Virus record (IMG/VR): IMGVR_UViG_3300033076_001232 | Coordinates: 14,435-78,434 of that record | DNA: 64,000 nt | Reading direction: 5' to 3' (one strand) | Source: a virus | Lineage: Duplodnaviria > Heunggongvirae > Uroviricota > Caudoviricetes | Shown here: positions 8,966 through 17,491 of the stretch, piece by piece | How positions within the stretch are numbered: the stretch's first letter is position 1 | Layout: every line of letters starts with the position of its first letter | Position numbers and translations under genes: made by a program | The notes under the pieces: generated by a model | Told to the model about the DNA's origin: nothing | Seen by the model: the letters and a program-made list of their open reading frames with translations, nothing else | Database searches by the model: none

Positions 8966-9634
8966 TTGGCAGATAATCAGGATAACAATTTTTATGGTGG
9001 TAGTGCTTCCGAGACGGGATCTGAATTTTTCACAGGGGGAAGCGCAGGATATCCCTTGGATCCATTAGGTGGATCGACTGGAGGATTTGAGACCAGATAC
9101 ACCAATATAGCAGAAATAACGAGGGATCTAGAAAGAGTAGAGGCTACTTTTAAAAGATTCAATGACCCGATAGAGATTGAATTCATAAAGGAATCTTTTA
9201 GAGTCAACCAGCAGTCACAGACACTAAATTCATTAGATCTAGTTGATTTCTTCCATCCCCTACAGGACTTTTCTGAATTTCAAAAGGTTTCAATGATCAT
9301 AGGTCCAAGATCTTCTGCAAACCTAGATCCTGGATCATTCTATGGAACTACTGGAGAGGTTTCTATGTTAATAGCAAGAGCTAATTATTTACCGGAAACC
9401 CCAGAAGATCAGAAAGTTCTATTCTGGGATTATAAAGCTAACGAAAGAAACATAATGGGAGAAATTATGGTTCTAACTGGAGCAATCAAAGACGGTTCTC
9501 AATGGAGAGGATGGGATGTCGATCCATTTTCTACATATGGACATACCGGAAATGCAAACCTTGCAAATGGTGGATTTACTTTCACGAACCCGACTGACTA
9601 CAATGTCAAGTTAACAGTAATAGCAGCAAATTAA
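8966..9634 (+). CDS. Hypothetical (probable virion) protein, paralog of 9636..10121
   Basis: Shares GE(I/L)M(V/I)L(T/S)G..GW..GG(F/I)TF.NP and a C-terminal beta strand with the next ORF; TTG start. Confidence 0.6.
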   Translation: MADNQDNNFYGGSASETGSEFFTGGSAGYPLDPLGGSTGGFETRYTNIAEITRDLERVEATFKRFNDPIEIEFIKESFRVNQQSQTLNSLDLVDFFHPLQDFSEFQKVSMIIGPRSSANLDPGSFYGTTGEVSMLIARANYLPETPEDQKVLFWDYKANERNIMGEIMVLTGAIKDGSQWRGWDVDPFSTYGHTGNANLANGGFTFTNPTDYNVKLTVIAAN

Positions 9635-9635
9635 C

Positions 9636-10121
9636 ATGGCAACACAACCTATAACATGTCCATACGATGTACTTGAAGGATTTAGATTCTATCGAGGAAA
9701 TTTAGTACTTGATACTGGACGCACAAACAATCCTCAGAGATATCTTGAAATGTCCGATCTATCATTGGTTATTCAAAACTTTGCAAGAAACAGAGCGGTT
9801 TTAAATGAATCATCTTGCTACCTTTTAAGCCAACCTGATGTAGCGGATCAATATGGATTTGTGTCTTTTATTGCAATAAAAGCTATTTTCCCTAGCGATA
9901 TCGTGGAATCCAAGAAATACCTAAACTGGACATATCAGGGTAAAACTTATTATATGGGTGAACTTATGATATTAAGTGGTAAAAGAATCTCTTCAGTAGA
10001 TGCAGGGTACGAGGGGTGGAATCTAAGTAAACCTGGTACTACCCCACAGGATGGAGGAATTACATTTTGTAATCCCCATACCGATATAAAAATAAGATTA
10101 GAAATGTTAATCGGTCAGTAA
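9636..10121 (+). CDS. Hypothetical (probable virion) protein, paralog of 8966..9634
   Basis: Same shared motifs. Confidence 0.6.
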   Translation: MATQPITCPYDVLEGFRFYRGNLVLDTGRTNNPQRYLEMSDLSLVIQNFARNRAVLNESSCYLLSQPDVADQYGFVSFIAIKAIFPSDIVESKKYLNWTYQGKTYYMGELMILSGKRISSVDAGYEGWNLSKPGTTPQDGGITFCNPHTDIKIRLEMLIGQ

Positions 10122-10170
10122 AACCATTGAGCGATTAAATATATACTGTAAAAGTTTTGTATTCTGTTTG

Positions 10171-10178
10171 GATATATA
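10171..10178 (+). promoter_or_regulatory. Late promoter motif GATATATA
   Basis: Recurrent motif. Confidence 0.6.
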
Positions 10179-10199
10179 ATTCGAAAAAAAAATTTAACT

Positions 10200-12440
10200 A
10201 TGGACTTCATAAACCAGGTAAAAAAGCTAAAAGACACAACAAAATCTCCGGAGGTCAAAGCTCTTTGTGAAAGTTTCCTTAACGGTGGATCCGTTTCTAA
10301 GGAACAACTATTTGAATCCTTCGAGAATCACAATATATCGATCGATAGCGAAAACAAGGTGCAAAGTCATCTTGATGCTATTAGAAGCGAAGAAATGGAA
10401 GCATCTAAAAGATTAGCCGAATCTTTAATGGAATCTTGGTCGGGATTAAACAAAAACAAAGATCTAGGTAATTCTGGTTCTTATGTTGGTTTAAAAGAAA
10501 CTAATAATTCTCTATTTGAATCTGCTAGCCCATCTTTCATGGAGGAACTAGAAAAAGCAGGTTCTATTGACAGATCAGCTGGCGAATTCATAAAATCTAA
10601 TATGGTTAATAAATTAGGTATCTTGGAATCAATAGAGACTATCAAGGAATCTTCTATTTATACATATCCTAAAGCCAGAATTATCTGCGAGCAATACCAG
10701 AATCTTATTATAAACAAAAGAGTACCTGAATTTTCTTTAGTTCATAATTTCATTAACGATATTCAGTCTTTGAATTGGGACGATACAGTTAAAGGAGTTT
10801 CTGCAACCCTTAAAGAGAATGCTGAATCTCTTTCTAGAGAAATTGAAGTTGCTAAGGTTATAGAATCTATTAAAAATTCAGGCAGTTCTAATTTTTATTC
10901 CGAATTGAATGACGTTCTAAGTGAATGGATGGTTTCAGAAAACAAATCGAATGCACTTTTAGTGAAGAACATTTCAAAATGGTCATTCAATCCAGTAGTT
11001 AGAAATTTAATCAACTTTATAAACGTAAACGAAAGCACTGACAATAGAAAATTAGAAATTCCTACTGTTGCTCAGGGTGAATCTTCAGTTTCTAAAGTAT
11101 TCTCTCCTGTTATGTTAGGCAGTCATAAATCAATTTTCTATCTAGGTGGAAATGTATTTGAAACTAACTCAGCTGAGATTAAGAGATTGGGTAAAAAAGA
11201 GGTATCTGAATTATCATCAGATTACATAAGCTTGGTTGAATCATTTACTAAGCCATACGTTAGAGTTAACGAAGAAGGAGTATTCGTTCAAATAGGAAAG
11301 AGTATAGTAAGAATCATCGAAGAGGGTGAGGAAGTATCGGTTTATCTAGGAAAAAGAAAGTTAAAATTTAGTGACCCATCTGGACTTGCTAAAATATTAG
11401 GACTTGAATCAGCTACATATTTCGGAGTTAATGAAACTCAGGTAGTTTCAGATATCATGAGACTCTACACAAATTACAATAATATCGTAGAGCTTGATTT
11501 TGCTAAGACTATAAATTCAAATGTATTTGAAGGTTTAGCAATTAATCTAGTTAAGTGGAACAACCAGATCTATCTACAGAAGATTAACCAAGGAATGAAT
11601 GAAAATTCAATCTTTAAAGTTACTGGAAATCAGGCAGTAGCTATGGTTAAAGAATATATGAGATATGATATCTCTGAAGGTCTTACTGAATTCTTAGTTG
11701 GTGAGAACAAAGTTAAATCTATCATGATCAACGATAGAAATAAGGTTATAGAAAATATTTCTAAAGTGGAAGAGCAAATAAGCAAATTAGAGACTTTAAT
11801 GTCTACTAATCCTTTATATTCTGCTTCTACTGAAATAATGTCAGCTAAGAAACTCTTAGAAAACGAATTAAACGTTTTAAGAGAAAAATGGAACCAGATC
11901 AACATTGAAATAGCTTCTGCTGAAACCACAATAGATTTAGAGAGATCGTTGGAGATTTTTGAAGATGAAAAATTCAACATCGGAGACTTTATCAAAGTTA
12001 AAGAATCTGGTGACACTGGAAAAATTATTTCCATCGATGCAACATCTGGAAGATATACAGTTCTTTTAGATACTGGAAAAACTTCAGATTTTCTAATTAG
12101 TGAGATTACTGACCTTGAAGAAGCTCTTAGTCAAGCAGCAGAAAAAAATGCAGATTCTTCAGAGGAAGATGATTCAGAAGAAGAGGTTAAAGAAAATTTC
12201 GATGTACTAAGTGGAAATGGAAATAATCTTAACAAATCCCAATTAAGTGAGACTGATCAGAAAAAACTTCTAAACAACTTCGCAAAAGGACATGGATTTT
12301 CTAAAGCCCCTGGTGCTGAAAACGGTAAGGTAGATATGAAGATGGATTCGCTTCATGGATATAATTCTACTATGAATGAAGAAAACGAGGGAGAAAAAAA
12401 AACCCAAGTCGTAACTTCTACTTCGCACCAAAATCAGTAG
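10200..12440 (+). CDS. Large probable head/prohead-associated protein; possible -1 extension to 12553
   Basis: Late motif upstream; many LxE/xNE motifs, coiled coil and KOW/SH3-like module; A9 run near the 3' end. Confidence 0.6.
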   Translation: MDFINQVKKLKDTTKSPEVKALCESFLNGGSVSKEQLFESFENHNISIDSENKVQSHLDAIRSEEMEASKRLAESLMESWSGLNKNKDLGNSGSYVGLKETNNSLFESASPSFMEELEKAGSIDRSAGEFIKSNMVNKLGILESIETIKESSIYTYPKARIICEQYQNLIINKRVPEFSLVHNFINDIQSLNWDDTVKGVSATLKENAESLSREIEVAKVIESIKNSGSSNFYSELNDVLSEWMVSENKSNALLVKNISKWSFNPVVRNLINFINVNESTDNRKLEIPTVAQGESSVSKVFSPVMLGSHKSIFYLGGNVFETNSAEIKRLGKKEVSELSSDYISLVESFTKPYVRVNEEGVFVQIGKSIVRIIEEGEEVSVYLGKRKLKFSDPSGLAKILGLESATYFGVNETQVVSDIMRLYTNYNNIVELDFAKTINSNVFEGLAINLVKWNNQIYLQKINQGMNENSIFKVTGNQAVAMVKEYMRYDISEGLTEFLVGENKVKSIMINDRNKVIENISKVEEQISKLETLMSTNPLYSASTEIMSAKKLLENELNVLREKWNQINIEIASAETTIDLERSLEIFEDEKFNIGDFIKVKESGDTGKIISIDATSGRYTVLLDTGKTSDFLISEITDLEEALSQAAEKNADSSEEDDSEEEVKENFDVLSGNGNNLNKSQLSETDQKKLLNNFAKGHGFSKAPGAENGKVDMKMDSLHGYNSTMNEENEGEKKTQVVTSTSHQNQ

Positions 12441-12570
12441 ATCAAAACAAACCAGGACAACCTTTTGTTCAATCTTCTGAAGGAAAATTAAGTAAAGCAC
12501 CTACAGGTAAAAGCGTTACTGAGGAAGAGGAAGAAGGGGAAGATAAAGAATAATAGATAATAAAGATAGG

Positions 12571-12606
12571 AGAATGTAGCTTCATAAGAGGCTACATTCT
12601 TTTTTT
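12571..12606 (+). terminator. Intrinsic terminator
   Basis: AGAATGTAGC...GCTACATTCT followed by TTTTTT. Confidence 0.85.
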
Positions 12607-12635
12607 GAAATCTTTTTCTGTTTTGATGGTAGAAT
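12607..12635 (+). promoter_or_regulatory. Class II promoter upstream of the gp55-like sigma
   Basis: GAAAT-N18-TAGAAT. Confidence 0.6.
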
Positions 12636-12670
12636 AAGATAACAAACAAACCAAAATTAATTACACTTTA

Positions 12671-13030
12671 ATGGCTAAAGACTATGTAAAAAACAGTGAC
12701 TTGATGGCTGCTGTAGTGGAATCCAAGAATAAGGGTGAGCTAACTCCGGAAACCATAGAGATGTTTCATTTAATGATTCAAGGGATTTCAAAGAAGATGT
12801 CATATAAGGATCCGGAAGATAAAGAGGACTGTATGGCCTTTGCCATGGAGGATCTATGCAAATATTGGAACAGATTTAATCCGGAAAAATCAAACAATCC
12901 TTTTGCCTATTTCACTCAAATAGCTAAAAATGGATTCGCTAAGGGATGGAAAAAGCTTCATCCACCAAAGAGTCCAAGAACTATACCTTTTAGTTATATT
13001 ACTGGGGAGGACAATACATATAACGTGTAA
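12671..13030 (+). CDS. gp55: Late-transcription sigma factor, T4 gp55-like (compact)
   Basis: YVKNSDL..., KYWNRFNPEKSNNPFAYFTQIA, the signature of gp55 homologues. Confidence 0.8.
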   Translation: MAKDYVKNSDLMAAVVESKNKGELTPETIEMFHLMIQGISKKMSYKDPEDKEDCMAFAMEDLCKYWNRFNPEKSNNPFAYFTQIAKNGFAKGWKKLHPPKSPRTIPFSYITGEDNTYNV

Positions 13031-13040
13031 TATTATTCCT

Positions 13041-13526
13041 ATGGTAGATATCAAGAAAGTAAAACCCAATGGTGAATACAGATCTGGAAAATACGAGCCC
13101 AGAAATCCTGATAAGTACATAGGGGATATACATAACATTATCTATAGATCTTCGTGGGAATATAGATTCTGTACATATTGTGATACCAATGAATCCATAT
13201 TAAAATGGAGTTCAGAACCGGTTTCTATCGATTACTATAATCCTTTAGATAAGAAAGAACACAAATATAATGTTGACTTCTATATAAAAGTGTTAAAAGA
13301 AAGCGGAGAGGAACAAGACTGGATAATAGAAATAAAGCCAGAAAATCAGACAAAAAAGCCTATATATGAAGGGGTAAACACTCTCAGTAAATTAAAGTCA
13401 TATAATAGGAATATGCAGATCTGGATAACAAATCAGGCCAAATTTAAGGCTGCGAAAGAATGGGCAGCTAAAAGAGGATATAAATTTGGTGTGATTGATG
13501 AGAATTTCCTTTTTCGTAGCAAATGA
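13041..13526 (+). CDS. gp4: Head completion nuclease (T4 gp4-like)
   Basis: GKYEPRNPDKYIGD, IIYRSSWE..FC..CD.N..ILKWSSEP, YNVDF, IEIKP, NQAKF; likely start ATG 13041. Confidence 0.85.
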   Translation: MVDIKKVKPNGEYRSGKYEPRNPDKYIGDIHNIIYRSSWEYRFCTYCDTNESILKWSSEPVSIDYYNPLDKKEHKYNVDFYIKVLKESGEEQDWIIEIKPENQTKKPIYEGVNTLSKLKSYNRNMQIWITNQAKFKAAKEWAAKRGYKFGVIDENFLFRSK

Positions 13527-14116
13527 GTTTTAGAGATCGGGTCTTAGAGTACAAGAATAAAACAGAGGGATCAAAGAATATCTTTAAAGAGACCGATGAT
13601 TATTTTGTGAATGAATATTTCAAAAACAATAAGAGATTTTTAATCCCTCCAGTTTTGCCAAATCTCGGTGAAATATACTATTTCAACTACTCTACGGATA
13701 GCAAAATAACTAAGGATAGAAAATTCATTAATAGATTACCCGTTGTTTTATGTACAGATTTTTTCGAATCTAACAATTTCAGGATACTTAAAGGAATTGA
13801 TTTAATAACAGTTCCTCCGAAATACCGGATGGAGATATTATCAAAAGTATATGATACCTTTATAAATTCTACCGGAGATATGGAATCGATTGATAATCAG
13901 AAAATAAGTGTAAATCTAAAGGATGACATTTTAAGTAAGTTATTGTCAGGAACTGGGTATAAAAATTCCCTCTTTGGTTTTAAAACCAATTTTATCAAAA
14001 ACATTGGTGTTATTAAGTACTCCGATTGGGATAAACTACCATACTTGACTGTCAATGTGTTAGAAGGCTTGAGAATACAGGGGATATATAGTGAATATGA
14101 ATCGAAATTAAAATAA
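13523..14116 (+). CDS. DNA end protector-like protein (T4 gp2-like)
   Basis: IYYFNY..NRLPVVL..GIDL..VPPKYR..W..LP pattern; adjacent to gp4 as in T4-like phages. Confidence 0.55.
   Translation: MSFRDRVLEYKNKTEGSKNIFKETDDYFVNEYFKNNKRFLIPPVLPNLGEIYYFNYSTDSKITKDRKFINRLPVVLCTDFFESNNFRILKGIDLITVPPKYRMEILSKVYDTFINSTGDMESIDNQKISVNLKDDILSKLLSGTGYKNSLFGFKTNFIKNIGVIKYSDWDKLPYLTVNVLEGLRIQGIYSEYESKLK
14083..14090 (+). promoter_or_regulatory. Late promoter motif GATATATA upstream of portal 1
   Basis: Inside the 3' end of the gp2-like gene. Confidence 0.5.
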
Positions 14117-14137
14117 TATCTCGATCTACAATTTAAA

Positions 14138-15817
14138 ATGGCTGGATTTGTTGAAAATAATAATCCTGGACAAGCTCCAGTTATACAGAGGATTAGAGAC
14201 TCTGTAAGAAAACTGAGCACGTTTGGAATGAAGTACGATGACATGGTCATCCGTAACTCTCAAGCTGTCGGTGTAACCGAGGCTTCCTTTCTCAATAAGA
14301 ATAAATCTAATGTTGAGGATGAAAGCATGTTATGGACCCTGGCCAAACAAGATATCTCATCTAAGCAGTTCATTGGTTATTTCGATAAAGACTACAAAGG
14401 GAAAAGAGACTACCTCAGAAAATTCTCGCTTAATCCAGAAATTGAATGGGTATTAGATACGATATGCGACGAAGCAATATCTTACGATCCCTCCAATTTC
14501 TTTGCTTATCCAGATTTTATAGATCTGAGCGACATTAACGAGAAGCTGAAAAATGATCTATATGAATCATATAAGAAGCTATATGATATATGGGGGTTTT
14601 CCGATGATATAACTGGATGGCAATATTTCCGACAATTTATAGTTGATGGATTTTTAGCTTTTGAAATAATCTATGATGATGCTGGTAAGGAGATTGTTGG
14701 ATTCAAAGAACTCGATCCAATTTCTCTTGTTCCTAGTGTGGAAAAACAGATAGATGGCAGTTTCATTAATACTTGGACACAATATCCACAGGATCCTAAG
14801 AAGAAAAGAGTTCTTTATGATCCCCAGATAATCTATATTTCATATGCTAAGGGTAATGCCGTATCTAGGGTAAGTTATATCGAGAGATTGATAAGACCAT
14901 ATAATATTCTCCGAATTATAGAATACACCAGGGTCATTTGGTCAGTAATGAATGCTTCTTTCAAATTAAAGATGACCGTTCCTATAGGAAGCAAATCCCC
15001 GCAGAAGGGTATGCAAACACTTGGTGAATTAATGAGTATCTATAAAGAGGATATTCAATTAAATGACGAAAGTGGTGAATTAAGTATAGATGGAAGACCT
15101 AAAATACAATTCTATAAGAACTATCTAATGCCATCAGGTGTTAATGGTACTCCTACTATCGAACCGATAACTACTGATGGACCCAATCTGAATGACCCCG
15201 CACCTTTAGCTTATTTCTTTGATAAATTTATTCTAGAATCTAAGGTCCCTCCTTCCAGGTTTCATAATCCAGACGGTGGTACAACATCACCTTATTCTAA
15301 TGGAGCTGAGGGATTGGATAAAGAGGAGATTAGATTTGCTAAATTCATTTCTAGATTAAGATCTATATTCCAGGAGATTCTTACAAAACCTCTTTGGATA
15401 CAAATGGTTAAGAAGTATCCTAAGTTAGAGGACGATTTTATGTTCAAGAGTCAGCTTGGACTTGATTATTTTTCGGATAATCCATTTAAGCTGAATCAGG
15501 AAATGGATATCATTAATAAAAGGAAAGAGGCAGTAACGGCTATGGGCGGTTTAGTTGGTGACGAGGATAAACCTTATTTCTCCAACGCATTCCTTATAGA
15601 AACATATTTGGGATTATCTAAGCAAGATATAGACGCAAATAAAGAGGCTTTAGAAAGAAAAGCTAAGGAGAAAAAAGAAAAAGAAGGAGAAGCTGGTGGA
15701 GAAGCTGGTGGAGAAGGTGGAGGAGAAACTGAGACCGAAACTACAGAAGCTCCTGCGGCGGAGGAAACCCCTCCGGCAGAGGAAAGTGGAACTGAAGAAA
15801 CCCCGGCGGAAGCATAA
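14138..15817 (+). CDS. gp20: Portal vertex protein, copy 1
   Basis: PEIEWVLDTICDEAI, FRQFIVDG, ELDP, SYIERLIRPYNILRIIE, SKVPPSRF, EEIRFAKFISRLRSIF; acidic low-complexity tail. Confidence 0.9.
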   Translation: MAGFVENNNPGQAPVIQRIRDSVRKLSTFGMKYDDMVIRNSQAVGVTEASFLNKNKSNVEDESMLWTLAKQDISSKQFIGYFDKDYKGKRDYLRKFSLNPEIEWVLDTICDEAISYDPSNFFAYPDFIDLSDINEKLKNDLYESYKKLYDIWGFSDDITGWQYFRQFIVDGFLAFEIIYDDAGKEIVGFKELDPISLVPSVEKQIDGSFINTWTQYPQDPKKKRVLYDPQIIYISYAKGNAVSRVSYIERLIRPYNILRIIEYTRVIWSVMNASFKLKMTVPIGSKSPQKGMQTLGELMSIYKEDIQLNDESGELSIDGRPKIQFYKNYLMPSGVNGTPTIEPITTDGPNLNDPAPLAYFFDKFILESKVPPSRFHNPDGGTTSPYSNGAEGLDKEEIRFAKFISRLRSIFQEILTKPLWIQMVKKYPKLEDDFMFKSQLGLDYFSDNPFKLNQEMDIINKRKEAVTAMGGLVGDEDKPYFSNAFLIETYLGLSKQDIDANKEALERKAKEKKEKEGEAGGEAGGEGGGETETETTEAPAAEETPPAEESGTEETPAEA

Positions 15818-15838
15818 GGGAATAAATATTTACATCTA

Positions 15839-17446
15839 ATGGCAGGATTTTTAGATTTTTTAAAACCAAATCAATCAGCTTTAGGTAATATCCTGAAGAA
15901 TCTTTCAGATATCTCTAAATTTGGAATGAGATATGATGATATGGTTGTGAGAAATTCACAAGCCATAGGTAAAACAGAGGGATATTTCTTTAATCAAGAA
16001 AGTACTGGATTTACACAGAATGATGCTTTCCAATGGACAGCTTCATATCAAGATACGAAAGTAAGAAAATACATTGCGTATTTTGATAAAGATTACATCG
16101 AGAAAAGAAACTATCTTAGAAAATTTTCTCTAAATGGAGAGATTGAATTTATACTTGATACTATCACGGACGAATCTATAGTTTATGATGATAGAAATTA
16201 TTTTGCACAGCCATCTTTTGTAAATTTAGATCTTAAGGATAAGATAAAAGACAAATTAGCTTCACATTACAATAGAATATACAACGTATTTGGATTCCAG
16301 AATACAATTTTAGCTTGGCAATATTTCAAGCAGTTTCTTATAGATGGATTTTTATCTTTTGAGATTATCTACGATAATAAGGGAAGAGAGATAATAGGAT
16401 TTAAAGAATTAGATCCAACTTCTCTGCAACCGGTAGTTGAAAAAGTCGGTGAGGGTGAATATAGACAGTTTTGGATACAGTACCCAAAGAATCCTCAGAT
16501 GACAAGAAAGCTAACTAACGAGCAGGTCATTTATATTTCATATGCTAAGGGTAATACCATATCTAGAGTAAGTTACATAGAGAGATTGGTTAGATCGTAT
16601 AATATCCTGAGAATAATGGAAAACTCCAGGGTTATATGGAATGTTATGAATGCTTCATATCGCCTTAAGTTCATTATACCTATTGGTAGTCAGTCTCCTC
16701 AAAAAGCTATGCAGACTTTAGGACAGCTTATGTCAAATTACAAGGAGGATATCTCTATAAACGATGCCTCTGGTGAATTAACAATTAACGGAAAACCTAA
16801 AGTTCAGTTTTATAAAAACTATTTGTTTCCCGAAAAGGACGGGCAGAGTCCGCAGATAGAATCTCTGAATCCTAGCGGTCCGGACTTTAATGTTATGGAA
16901 AACGTTGTTTATTTCTTCAATAAGCTTAAAATGGATTCCAAAATACCATACGCTAGATTTGCTTCGAAAAATACTACTCCTGGAAATTATCAAACCAGTA
17001 TAGATCAGCTTGAGAGGGACGAAATTAGATTCGAGAAATTCCTACGCAGATTAAGATCAATTTTTCAAGAAATTTTGGTTAAGCCGTTGTATATTCAGAT
17101 GTGTCTAGATTACCCGGAACTATCTAGAGATAAGGGATTTAAATCAAACGTAGGTTTAAATTACAATCGAGATAGCGAGTTCGAGGAAATGGTTGAACTT
17201 ACTGGTTTTACTAAAAGAACCGAATTTATTAATGGATTGAAGGAATTGAAAGTTAAAATAGGGGAAGAAGAAAAAGGTTACTTCGATCCTGACTTCCTTA
17301 TTCAGAGGTTCCTTGGTATGAATCCAGATCAGATAAAAATGAACGAGAAGTACAAGGAGAAAGAAGCTAAGGAAGCTGAAAAAGCCAAAGAGGAAGGCGG
17401 AGGTGAAGCAGAAGCAGAAGGCGGAGGTCAGACTGTAACCTTGTAA
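15839..17446 (+). CDS. gp20: Portal vertex protein, copy 2
   Basis: Full-length paralog: EIEFILDTITDESI, FKQFLIDG, SYIERLVRSYNILRIME, SKIPYARF, DEIRFEKFLRRLRSIF. Confidence 0.9.
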   Translation: MAGFLDFLKPNQSALGNILKNLSDISKFGMRYDDMVVRNSQAIGKTEGYFFNQESTGFTQNDAFQWTASYQDTKVRKYIAYFDKDYIEKRNYLRKFSLNGEIEFILDTITDESIVYDDRNYFAQPSFVNLDLKDKIKDKLASHYNRIYNVFGFQNTILAWQYFKQFLIDGFLSFEIIYDNKGREIIGFKELDPTSLQPVVEKVGEGEYRQFWIQYPKNPQMTRKLTNEQVIYISYAKGNTISRVSYIERLVRSYNILRIMENSRVIWNVMNASYRLKFIIPIGSQSPQKAMQTLGQLMSNYKEDISINDASGELTINGKPKVQFYKNYLFPEKDGQSPQIESLNPSGPDFNVMENVVYFFNKLKMDSKIPYARFASKNTTPGNYQTSIDQLERDEIRFEKFLRRLRSIFQEILVKPLYIQMCLDYPELSRDKGFKSNVGLNYNRDSEFEEMVELTGFTKRTEFINGLKELKVKIGEEEKGYFDPDFLIQRFLGMNPDQIKMNEKYKEKEAKEAEKAKEEGGGEAEAEGGGQTVTL

Positions 17447-17478
17447 TTTTTTATTCCCGGGAGTTTTTGGTATTTTTA
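17445..17478 (+). promoter_or_regulatory. Class I promoter (variant)
   Basis: AATTTTTT-N18-TATTTTTA upstream of ligase. Confidence 0.55.
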
Positions 17479-17491
17479 GGAAAAAATATCG

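Noticed and set aside
12438-12491. TAG read-through as the explanation of the gap after ORF 10200..12440
   Set aside because: In-frame read-through adds only about 16 codons; the -1 frame gives a longer, motif-bearing extension ending next to the terminator.
12930-13040. N-terminal extension of gp4 given by the ORF track
   Set aside because: Overlaps the gp55-like gene; homology begins after ATG 13041. Likewise 36919 and 41277 were moved to 36961 and 41304.
14138-17446. Portal duplication as an assembly artefact
   Set aside because: The copies differ throughout at amino-acid level and have different termini.
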